In this document: piece by piece, positions 56,496 to 64,000 of the stretch | Numbering within the stretch: position 1 is the first letter of the stretch | Layout of the letters: each line of letters opens with the position of its first letter | Assembly (NCBI GenBank): GCA_947503335.1 | Contig: CANNCY010000002.1 | Coordinates: forward strand, 607,739-671,738 | Direction: 5' to 3' | Source of the DNA: an uncultured Pseudomonadales bacterium | GTDB lineage: Bacteria; Pseudomonadota; Gammaproteobacteria; Pseudomonadales; CANNCY01 | DNA: 64,000 bases | Made by a program: the position numbers and the translations under genes | Notes under the pieces: generated by a model | Databases searched by the model: none | What the model saw: only the letters and a program-made list of their open reading frames with translations | What the model was told of the DNA's origin: nothing

Positions 56496-57218
56496 ATGGG
56501 ACGCGCCTACCAAAACCGTAAAGAGTCGATGGCTAAAACTTCTGACATGAAGTCGAAGGTTTACAGCAAGTACAGTCGTGAAATCTACGTTGTAGCTAAG
56601 CAAGGTGGTGCAGACCCTGACGGCAACCTATCGCTACGTAGTTTGATCGATCGCGCTAAGAAAGATCAGGTACCTGCTCACGTAATCGACAAAGCGCTTA
56701 AAAAATCTCAAGAAGCAGGCGGTGAAGACTTTGCACCTGCACGCTACGAGGGCTTTAGCTCGGGCAATGCGATGGTGATCGTAGACTGCCTAACTGACAA
56801 CCCTAATCGCACCTTTGGTGACGTGCGTACCGCCTTTAACAAGGGTAAAGCAAAGCTTGGCGCGCAGGGTTCTGTAAGCCACATGTTCGACCACCTAGCA
56901 ATCTTTGTATTTGCTGGCGACGACGAAGAAGCAGCCCTAGAAGCACTAATGATGGCCGACGTTGATGTATCTGACATTGAATGCGCTGATGGCAAGATCA
57001 CTGTGTTTGCACCAAACAACGAATATTTCAAAGCGAAAACTGCCATCTTAGAAGCGTTTGAAGGCATCGAACTAGAAGTAGACGAGATTCAGTTTGTACC
57101 GCAAACCGAAACTGAGCTTGAAGGCGATGACGTTGAAAAGTTTGAAAAACTGATCGAAGGCTTAGAATTTTTAGACGACGTACAGCGTGTATGGCATAAC
57201 GCGGTATTGCCTGAGTAA
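56496..57218 (+). CDS. YebC/PmpR-family regulator (YeeN-like subtype)
   Basis: A 240-aa protein whose [10 protein letters not shown]... N-terminus resembles the MGRKW-type YeeN branch. Confidence 0.85.
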   Translation: MGRAYQNRKESMAKTSDMKSKVYSKYSREIYVVAKQGGADPDGNLSLRSLIDRAKKDQVPAHVIDKALKKSQEAGGEDFAPARYEGFSSGNAMVIVDCLTDNPNRTFGDVRTAFNKGKAKLGAQGSVSHMFDHLAIFVFAGDDEEAALEALMMADVDVSDIECADGKITVFAPNNEYFKAKTAILEAFEGIELEVDEIQFVPQTETELEGDDVEKFEKLIEGLEFLDDVQRVWHNAVLPE

Positions 57219-57246
57219 CCTTAGGTTAATTTGCAAGCGATAAAAG

Positions 57247-57279
57247 AAAGGCGCCTTGCTTACTGCTGGCGCCTTTTTT
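57247..57279 (+). terminator. rho-independent terminator after the yebC-family gene
   Basis: AAAGGCGCC, a 12-nt loop, GGCGCCTTT, followed by TTT. Confidence 0.75.
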
Positions 57280-57373
57280 GTGTTCGAACTAATCATTTAA
57301 CCTCAATGAACAGAACATCCTGTTCGAACCATCCTTAGACTGCTCATCAAGGGGGCCTTACGGCCCAAACTGG

Positions 57374-58888
57374 TTATTCTTGGTAAAACACGTCGTCGTT
57401 GTAGGGGTACCACCAATCAAAAATCTGCGGCTCATGATCTTTAATAATCATCTTGGTTTGACGAAACGCATCTAAGCCTTGGCGACCTAACTCGCGCCCC
57501 ATACCTGACAACTTGAAGCCACCAAAAGGTAACGCGTCGTTATCGATCATAGGGTTATTCACCCAAACCATGCCTGATTCGATTTCTTCGCCTGCACGGG
57601 TTGCTTCGACAAAATCATTGGTAAAGACACAGGCACCTAACCCGTATTGCGAGTTGTTTGCGCCTGCAATTGCCTCGTCAAAATCTGCCACTTTGCAAAT
57701 AGCAGCTACTGGGCCAAACACTTCGCTGTTCATGATTTCCATGTCGGGGGTAACATTGCTAAGTACAGTCGGTGCTAGATATGCGCCCTGCTCTAGACCC
57801 TCTGGAACATAGCCGCCGCATTCAACTTTTGCGCCCTGCTCTACTGCTCGCTCAATCAAGCCAAGCACTCGATCGCGTGCTGCTACGTTTACTAGCGGGC
57901 CAATCTCATGCTTACCAAAACCATTGCCAACGCGTAATGCCTTAGCCTGTTCGATAAACTTTGGCATGAACTGGTCATAGGCTTTGTCAGTCACAAAAAA
58001 GCGTTCTGCCGAGGTGCACACCTGACCACTTAAATGAAATGCACCACAAATTGCACCAGCGGCTGCTACATCAAAATCTGCATGATCAGTAATGATCATT
58101 GCGTCATTGCCACCGGCTTCGATCACGGCTGGCTTCATTAATTCTGCGCAGGCAACGTTGACGCGACGACCTACTTCAACACTACCGGTAAATGCCACGC
58201 CATGCGTGTCGGGCGACGCCACTAAGCGCTGGCCAACGCGACCACCGCCAGTTAGACATGCCGTTAACCCTTCGGGCAAACACTTAAAATGGCGCATAAA
58301 CATCAGTGTTGTAACTGAGGTAGCTTCGGCTGGCTTTACGATAAAGCCATTGCCACACGCGAGGGTAGCTGCTGCTGTCCAGGCGAATAAAAGAATAGGA
58401 AAGTTAAACGGCATGATATGAACCGTTACACCTAGCGGAAAGTGCTGTGCGTATTGAAACGAGCCTTTCTGCGTTGTGCCGGCAATGTAGCCATTGTCAT
58501 CGCGGGCCATCTCTGCCATGTACCTAAAGATAGGTGCAACGTTTGCAATCTCGCCCAACGCTTCAGGGTAAGGCTTGCCCATTTCTAGCACCATCGCTTC
58601 GGCTACTTCGCGATGATCAGCGTGCTCGATTGAGTCAGCGATCTTATGCAAATAGCTTGCGCGAGTTTTAGCGTCTAACTGTGCCCACTCTTTTTGCACT
58701 GCGTTGGTGTTAGCGATTACCTGATCGATTTCTTGGTCAGTTACGCTAACAAATTCGCCCACCACTTCGTTATAAGCTGGGTCAACAATATTGATCGATT
58801 CTGCCGACGCCGATTTTACGTAGTCGTTGTTTGCAAAATAGCTGCCCGCGTATGCGCGAACATTATCTACCACTTTATTTCGCATCAC
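57374..58888 (-). CDS. NAD(P)-dependent aldehyde dehydrogenase family protein
   Basis: A 504-aa protein with FTGSVEVG, a catalytic Cys context (GQVCTSAERF) and a Glu region (IEAGGND). Confidence 0.9.
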   Translation of the reverse strand: MMRNKVVDNVRAYAGSYFANNDYVKSASAESINIVDPAYNEVVGEFVSVTDQEIDQVIANTNAVQKEWAQLDAKTRASYLHKIADSIEHADHREVAEAMVLEMGKPYPEALGEIANVAPIFRYMAEMARDDNGYIAGTTQKGSFQYAQHFPLGVTVHIMPFNFPILLFAWTAAATLACGNGFIVKPAEATSVTTLMFMRHFKCLPEGLTACLTGGGRVGQRLVASPDTHGVAFTGSVEVGRRVNVACAELMKPAVIEAGGNDAMIITDHADFDVAAAGAICGAFHLSGQVCTSAERFFVTDKAYDQFMPKFIEQAKALRVGNGFGKHEIGPLVNVAARDRVLGLIERAVEQGAKVECGGYVPEGLEQGAYLAPTVLSNVTPDMEIMNSEVFGPVAAICKVADFDEAIAGANNSQYGLGACVFTNDFVEATRAGEEIESGMVWVNNPMIDNDALPFGGFKLSGMGRELGRQGLDAFRQTKMIIKDHEPQIFDWWYPYNDDVFYQE

Positions 58889-58896
58889 TTGTATAC

Positions 58897-59958
58897 CTAG
58901 CTGTTTATTATGTTTTTTACTTGATTCACATCAAAGGTTAACGGTTCGTTTACCGCGCCTGGATGATGTTTTTCGAGCCACTGTGCCAAGGGTTCTAACT
59001 GTGGCTTGCTAAGACTACGCTGCAGCATATTGATCACATGCTGAAGATAATCTAAGTAGTGTGGCTTGTTATCGCGTACGCAAAGCCGAACAAAGATACC
59101 CGCCACTTTTACGTGTCGGTGTGCCCCTAGCACCGCATACCAATCTAAGAATGCCTTACGGTCGATATAGGGCCTTGCTTTTAGATACTGGTGAATCAAC
59201 TCAGCTGCCATCTGCTGATCAACATCACGTCTAGCGTCTTCGAACAGACTCACCATGTCGTAGGCAACAGAACCTACTAAAGCGTCTTGAAAATCTAGTA
59301 GTCCGCAAGATGCTAAGCCAACCGAATTAGGAATCACCATTAGGTTATCAACATGATAATCACGCAATACAACGCACTCGGGAATGTCGCCCAACTCATC
59401 AAACAACTGCTGCCAAATTTGGTGATACTCTTCTCTTAGGTCATCACTGATTTTTTGCCCCGTGCGAGCGGGCCAATACCAATCAATAAACAGGTCTGCT
59501 TCTTGAGTGTAAAAGCCATCATCGTAGCGCGGCAAACCTGTACGGTAAGCATCAACCTTGGTGTGCAATCGTAGCAGTGCCTGGGTGGCTAGCTCGTATA
59601 GAGGTTCGGCAGGCGAACCTTGATCAAGAGCCTTGGTGTAGGTGTCTAAACCAAAGTCTTCGATAACCGCAAACCCTTGATTTAAATCTAGCGCAAGAAT
59701 AACTGGCGCACGCAAACCTGCATCGATTAGCATGCGATCGATTTTTACATACGCTTCGATATCTTCTGTGGCCGGTGGCGCATCCATTAACAAACAACTT
59801 TTTTCGCCTTTATCTAATCTAAAGTATTGGCGAAATGACGCGTCAGCTACTAGCGGCGTAACCGCCCACTCTGCATAACCTTCACGTAATAAGAAATCAT
59901 TGCGAGCGACCGCACGTTCGCTTGCTTGACTGTCAAGATTAGAAGAAACCGCACCCAT
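58897..59958 (-). CDS. APH-fold phosphotransferase, AmgK/COG3178-like (putative anomeric sugar kinase)
   Basis: Its motifs ADASFRQYFRL, MDAPP, LRDYHVDNLMV, GLLDFQDALVGSVAYDMVSLFED and HRHVKVAGIFVRL match my recollection of the MurNAc/GlcNAc kinase AmgK family. An 8-nt gap separates it from the ALDH gene. Confidence 0.7.
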   Translation of the reverse strand: MGAVSSNLDSQASERAVARNDFLLREGYAEWAVTPLVADASFRQYFRLDKGEKSCLLMDAPPATEDIEAYVKIDRMLIDAGLRAPVILALDLNQGFAVIEDFGLDTYTKALDQGSPAEPLYELATQALLRLHTKVDAYRTGLPRYDDGFYTQEADLFIDWYWPARTGQKISDDLREEYHQIWQQLFDELGDIPECVVLRDYHVDNLMVIPNSVGLASCGLLDFQDALVGSVAYDMVSLFEDARRDVDQQMAAELIHQYLKARPYIDRKAFLDWYAVLGAHRHVKVAGIFVRLCVRDNKPHYLDYLQHVINMLQRSLSKPQLEPLAQWLEKHHPGAVNEPLTFDVNQVKNIINS

Positions 59959-59991
59959 TTTTATTACCTCGAAAAATGTCTGACAAGACGT

Positions 59992-60010
59992 GGGGCCCTT
60001 TGCGGGCCCC
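59992..60010 (-). terminator. GC-rich intercistronic hairpin between receptor and kinase genes
   Basis: GGGGCCC, loop tttgc, GGGCCCC (a perfect 7-bp stem), 10 nt after the receptor stop. The downstream T-tract is poor, so this is an attenuator or processing site rather than a full terminator. Confidence 0.45.
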
Positions 60011-60019
60011 TAATTATTA

Positions 60020-62245
60020 TTAGTGGAAGTTGTAACGAGCCTGTAAGCCATACATACGTGGCGGGCCGTAAACTTCTAGGGTGTAACCAAAGAACTCTGC
60101 TAGATCAAAACCATAGGTTTTGTATTCTTCATCAGCCAAGTTTTTGGCAAACAGCGATACTTCGTAGCTGTTTTTACCGTGCTCAGCACTGTAGCCAACG
60201 CGAGCGTTCCAAACACTGTACGCTTCGCCACTCGCCAAAATAGAGTTAGTGGTGTTGTACTGCTGATCGTCGACGTAGTAACCATCAACCTGTGCCGACA
60301 TTTCGCCGCAGAACGCGCTCCATGATTTACGCACCAACCAGTTAGCAGATAGGTCTGGGGCAGTGATCATTGTTTGATCTGCAAATACGCCCGATGACAC
60401 TTCTACATCTTTAACCGTTGCATCGATCTTAGACATACCTAGGCTGATGTCCCAACCTTCAGCTGGAGAAATATAAAACTCTACTTCGCCACCAGTAATG
60501 TTTGCCTGATGGTTACGTACTACCGACGTTAGACCCTGAAAGATAAAGCCTTGGTAATCATCGTAATCGTAGTGGAATACACCCGCATTGATGCGAGCGC
60601 GGCCGTCCATCATCGTTGCCTTGATACCTGCTTCGTAGCTAGTCAGAATTTCTGGCTCATAAGACAATTCATTAGCTGGTAAGAAACCATCTAGTGGTGC
60701 TGTGTAACCACCACCTTTCATACCACGGCTAACACCACCATAAACTAGCGTGTCGTCACTGATGCGGTAATCTAGCTGTAACTTACCCGAGAAGTCGTCA
60801 TCTTTACGGTCAAACGCAAATACCTGATCTACTTCTACGATGATTGGGTTTGCTGGGTCGAACGAGCTAAACCAGCTACAGTCGTTAGGGCCAAAGGCCG
60901 GATCGTTGTTCCAGCTACCACCTAGTGGCAATGTATCAACTGGGCTACAGGTACTATCGATCGCGTATTCTTTTTCGTCGCTAGTGTAACGCAAGCCCGC
61001 GGTTACCTTTAGCTTGTCGCTTAGATCTTGCTCGATCTGACCAAACAACGACCAAGAACTTGTCTCTAGTGTAAATTCGTTCTTAGTAGCACCACCAAAG
61101 GTAGGCATTGCGATTTCTGAGTCATACTTACCATCAATGCTTAGATAGTAGAAACCACCCACCCATTTAGTATCTTCATCACCACCATCTAAACGAATCT
61201 CTTGCGAGAACTGATCGCCATCTTGGTCTGAGTAAAAATCAAGGCTGCGAGACAGGTTGCCGTCAGAGTCTTCACGATAGAACTTGCTTAGCGACTGCAC
61301 ATCGGTAATCGATGTTAGTGTCATGTTTTCGAAGTCGTGCGTTAAAGTAACGGTTGCACCCTTAGAATCTTTATCGATTACGCCGATCGGATTTTGATTG
61401 CCATAGTTTGGCGCTGGGGTATCGTCTGGCGAGCCCTGCCAATCAGTGTCGATGTCGCCAATTTCCATGTACGAGGTTCTAAAGTCGTAGGCACCTGCAC
61501 GGTTGTTATCAACCACGTTGCTCCATACAGACAGGTTCACCTCGGTCGCTTCACTTAGCTCAACCGCGATTTGGCCGCGCCAGCTAGTTAGGTCACGGTT
61601 ACGCATATCTGGGCCGGTTGGGTTTTCAAAGTAACCATCAGCCTTGTCGCGCAATATCGAGAATCGACCATTAACGTTGTCAGAGATAGCACCGCCTACA
61701 GCAGCCTCGATACGACCGGCATTGAAGTTGCCGATAGTTGAATCGATATAGGCTTCAAACTCGTCGGTAGGCTTCTTGTTAATCACATGTACAAGACCAC
61801 CGGTTGCGTTACGACCAAACAGTGTGCCCTGGGGGCCACGCAATACTTCTACGCGGTCTACGTCGAACATCTGAAAGCCTGCCGCGCCGGTGTTAGCGAT
61901 GTATACACCGTCTACGTACATAGCTGTTGGCGCTTCTTGATGGTCAGCGAAATCGTTTTGCGCGACACCACGAATAGAGAAAATAGATACAGATGAATCG
62001 CCCGAGAATGAGGTTGCAATCAAACCTGGGGTTTGTGCGGCGATATCTTCACTGCTACGCAAGCCTAAGGCTTCGATTTGGTCACCAGAAAGCGCAGTGA
62101 TAGATACACCTACGTCTTGAATATTCTGTTCACGTTTTTGTGCGGTTACGACTACTTCTTCTAGTACTTGTGCTTGCGCACCACCGCTGATCGCTGCAGC
62201 AATCGCAAAGCTAATCGCCTTACGCTTATTTAGCAGAACTCCCAT
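60020..62245 (-). CDS. TonB-dependent outer-membrane receptor
   Basis: I chose the ATG at 62245. It has a signal peptide (AAAISGGAQAQ), a plug domain (EEVVVTAQKREQNIQDVGVSI...VEVLRGPQGTLFGRNATGG) and a long beta-barrel ending RYNFH. Confidence 0.9.
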   Translation of the reverse strand: MGVLLNKRKAISFAIAAAISGGAQAQVLEEVVVTAQKREQNIQDVGVSITALSGDQIEALGLRSSEDIAAQTPGLIATSFSGDSSVSIFSIRGVAQNDFADHQEAPTAMYVDGVYIANTGAAGFQMFDVDRVEVLRGPQGTLFGRNATGGLVHVINKKPTDEFEAYIDSTIGNFNAGRIEAAVGGAISDNVNGRFSILRDKADGYFENPTGPDMRNRDLTSWRGQIAVELSEATEVNLSVWSNVVDNNRAGAYDFRTSYMEIGDIDTDWQGSPDDTPAPNYGNQNPIGVIDKDSKGATVTLTHDFENMTLTSITDVQSLSKFYREDSDGNLSRSLDFYSDQDGDQFSQEIRLDGGDEDTKWVGGFYYLSIDGKYDSEIAMPTFGGATKNEFTLETSSWSLFGQIEQDLSDKLKVTAGLRYTSDEKEYAIDSTCSPVDTLPLGGSWNNDPAFGPNDCSWFSSFDPANPIIVEVDQVFAFDRKDDDFSGKLQLDYRISDDTLVYGGVSRGMKGGGYTAPLDGFLPANELSYEPEILTSYEAGIKATMMDGRARINAGVFHYDYDDYQGFIFQGLTSVVRNHQANITGGEVEFYISPAEGWDISLGMSKIDATVKDVEVSSGVFADQTMITAPDLSANWLVRKSWSAFCGEMSAQVDGYYVDDQQYNTTNSILASGEAYSVWNARVGYSAEHGKNSYEVSLFAKNLADEEYKTYGFDLAEFFGYTLEVYGPPRMYGLQARYNFH

Positions 62246-62338
62246 ACACACACCTTGTTAAGTTTATTATTGATGGTTACGAAATTCACAAAACCTCGAG
62301 ATTTCTCTCTAAGCAAAAATCGGTTTCTGCCAGAATAT

Positions 62339-62372
62339 ATTACAATGACCTAATTATTACAACGACCTAATT
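62339..62372. repeat. tandem 17-bp direct repeat ATTACAAYGACCTAATT x2 in the divergent promoter region
   Basis: Read directly: ATTACAATGACCTAATT (62339..62355) is immediately followed by ATTACAACGACCTAATT (62356..62372), with one mismatch. Confidence 0.85.
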
Positions 62373-62510
62373 TTAGATATTGTGATCAAACGCCTATATA
62401 TGCTGGATATCGGTGAACTATATGTGTTTAGACCATCTTCTTAGTTGAACGCGATTATGTATTTATAGTACATTGGCCTAATATAAGAATAATCGAAAGG
62501 TGAATTGATA

Positions 62511-63812
62511 ATGAGTAACCCTCAAGGCAAGACCATTGCTTTCTTCCCCGAAGCCGCGTTTGGCCCAGCGCTCAACTGTGTAGGCATCGCCCAACAGTTA
62601 AAGAAAATGGGGCACAACCCTGTATTTATCTGCGACAAAGGATTTTCAGGCGTTTTTGCCGAGTACGGCTTTGAAGAATATCCCGTAAACATGTCTGGCG
62701 ACATGAGTGATGACGAAGTAGCAAAATACTGGGACAACTTTATTGCGCAGCACCTGCCTCACTTTCACCTTTCACCACTTGATCAGGTACCTACCTATGT
62801 GGCATCGGTATGGGACGCGATCGTAGATACCGCAATTACCGCCGAAGACGATCTTAAGAAGCAAATTGCAGCGATTAAACCAGATCTTATCTGTGTGGAT
62901 AACGTAATTCTGTTTCCTGCGATCAAGCAGGCCGGCTGCCCCTGGATCAGAATCATTTCATGCTCAGAAAACGAAGTGCTAGATCCACTAGTACCACCGC
63001 ACCTAAGTGGCTGTAGCCAGGGCGACTACGAAGGCTACAAAGCCTTTAACGATCGTTTTGAAGAATGTGTTGGCGAAACACACAAGCGCTTTAACGAATT
63101 CTTAGCGTCGGTAGGCGAAGAGCCGTACCCTATGGGCGAGTTCTTTGAAACATCGCCTACCATGAACTTTTTGCTCTATCCAAAGCCCCTTGCATTTGAT
63201 CGCGAAACACCGCTAGACCCACAGCGTTTTCAATATCTAGAGGGTTGCGTGCGCGATGAAGGCGTGTACGACGTACCACAATTTAAAACGCAACAAGATT
63301 CGCCCCTCATTTACGTATCGTTTGGTTCTTTAGGCGATAGTGACGTAGAACTTTATCAACGTATGCTTAAGGTATTTGCAAACCTACCTTATCGCTTCTT
63401 GATGAAAGTCGGTGAAGACATGTCGGTTTATGATGCACCCGATAACGTGCATCTAGAAAGCTGGTATCCACAGCCTGCAGTTGTACCTCATGCAGACCTG
63501 TTTATTCACCATGGCGGTAACAACTCGTTCAATGAAGCCCTCTATTTTGGCAAGCCAGCAATCATCATGCCTTACTGCTGGGATGGCCATGATAACGCGA
63601 CCCGTATTCAAGATACCGGTTATGGCCAAAAGCTACCTCGTTACGATTGGTCGCAAGACGATATGGCAGAAGTGATCGAGAGCTGTCTTCGTGACCAGCG
63701 TATGGCTCAGCGCTTGCAAGCCGTGAGCAAACACATGCAATCAGAAAACGGTCAGCTAAAAGCAGCTCGTATCATCTGTGATGCTTTGCAAACAGAGGCT
63801 GAACCCGCTTAA
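62511..63812 (+). CDS. GT1-family (UDP-glycosyltransferase/MGT-like) glycosyltransferase
   Basis: I chose the ATG at 62511 (AAAGG 10 nt upstream, GGTGA 7 nt upstream). The C-terminal nucleotide-sugar motif is HHGGNNSFNEALYFGKPAIIMPYCWDGHDNA. Confidence 0.8.
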   Translation: MSNPQGKTIAFFPEAAFGPALNCVGIAQQLKKMGHNPVFICDKGFSGVFAEYGFEEYPVNMSGDMSDDEVAKYWDNFIAQHLPHFHLSPLDQVPTYVASVWDAIVDTAITAEDDLKKQIAAIKPDLICVDNVILFPAIKQAGCPWIRIISCSENEVLDPLVPPHLSGCSQGDYEGYKAFNDRFEECVGETHKRFNEFLASVGEEPYPMGEFFETSPTMNFLLYPKPLAFDRETPLDPQRFQYLEGCVRDEGVYDVPQFKTQQDSPLIYVSFGSLGDSDVELYQRMLKVFANLPYRFLMKVGEDMSVYDAPDNVHLESWYPQPAVVPHADLFIHHGGNNSFNEALYFGKPAIIMPYCWDGHDNATRIQDTGYGQKLPRYDWSQDDMAEVIESCLRDQRMAQRLQAVSKHMQSENGQLKAARIICDALQTEAEPA

Positions 63813-64000
63813 TGAGTATTGTTGCACAGGGCGAGTCAGTAAAATGGCTCGTCGATATCGACCAAATAGATTCTCAAGATTTAAACGACTGGGGCGTTCA
63901 ACCCGACGCCATCGAAGGCCAGTCGTTATCGCGCGGCGTACTGCTTTACAAAGGCCCAGACAACAAACCTGAATCTGGTTTTTGGGAAGTAACCAAAGGC
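63812..64000 (+). CDS. cupin (DUF861/cupin_3-like) protein, N-terminal part only
   Basis: This ORF is not in the track because it runs off the right edge. Manual translation gives MSIVAQGESVKWLVDIDQIDSQDLNDWGVQPDAIEGQSLSRGVLLYKGPDNKPESGFWEVTKG. The start shares TAATG with the GT1 stop, and G.WE.T.G is reminiscent of DUF861 cupins. Confidence 0.5.
   Translation, partial: MSIVAQGESVKWLVDIDQIDSQDLNDWGVQPDAIEGQSLSRGVLLYKGPDNKPESGFWEVTKG

Noticed and set aside
57281-57366. Two copies of TGTTCGAAC 40 bp apart (57281..57289 and 57321..57329), a GAACAG/CTGTTC hairpin and a GGGCC-TTAC-GGCCC hairpin; TTCGAA recalls a tRNA T-loop
   Set aside because: I could build no acceptor, D or anticodon arms around either copy, so this is not a tRNA. 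The region is a convergent 3' intergenic spacer, so the hairpins are most simply terminator-related; the ALDH-side hairpin lacks a U-tract.
62252-62510. Possible cobalamin riboswitch or Fur box in the leader of the TonB-dependent receptor gene
   Set aside because: I saw no B12-box-like GCCACTG core or conserved riboswitch stems. The only AT-rich stretches (for example TTTATTATTGATGG and AAGAATAATCG) match the 19-bp Fur consensus poorly.
1-64000. Search for a classical defence island, prophage, integron, CRISPR array or transposon
   Set aside because: I found no integrase, transposase, recombinase, restriction, Cas or phage structural motifs in any long ORF, and no spaced repeat arrays. The only compositionally foreign segments are the small islets reported at 6.55-7.97 kb and 31.7-32.6 kb.

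Overview
This window is a chromosomal segment of a gammaproteobacterium with moderate GC by eye. The parE-yqiA-cpdA-yqiB-nudF/tolC synteny, the ilvE-glnE neighbourhood and the acnD-prpF type propionate operon support this; it is probably a marine Alteromonadales, Cellvibrionales or Oceanospirillales-like organism, but the taxon is not certain. About 60 genes are tightly packed and mostly housekeeping. They include the 2-methylcitrate operon (GntR regulator-prpB-prpC-acnD-prpF) with a readable promoter and operator, ackA-pta, parE, tolC, waaA, ilvE, glnE, argE-argA-ilvD, a yebC-family gene, a CHASE3 chemoreceptor and a LysR-pirin-DoxX unit. I recognised no rRNA, tRNA, CRISPR array, transposase, integrase or prophage gene. 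Six regions are least explained. (1) An envelope/LPS-type locus at 38.5-46.5 kb holds a translationally coupled GT4 / SAM-methyltransferase / alpha-alpha-toroid (prenyltransferase-like) trio, next to a degenerate sulfotransferase-like protein and a protein with two degenerate Kdo/WaaP-kinase-like halves. (2) A divergon at 57.4-64 kb has a TonB-dependent receptor, an AmgK-like kinase and an aldehyde dehydrogenase opposite a GT1 glycosyltransferase and a cupin, separated by a tandem 17-bp direct repeat. (3) An AT-rich islet at 31.7-32.6 kb encodes a lipoprotein plus a membrane-protein frame broken by one in-frame TAG. (4) A low-GC islet at 6.55-7.97 kb carries an orphan VapB-like antitoxin gene. 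(5) An orphan type IV pilin is translationally coupled to an upstream membrane protein. (6) A promoter + hairpin + U-tract unit at about 46.46-46.56 kb looks like a small RNA gene. All functional calls come from reading the translated ORFs and remembered family motifs; no database search was possible.
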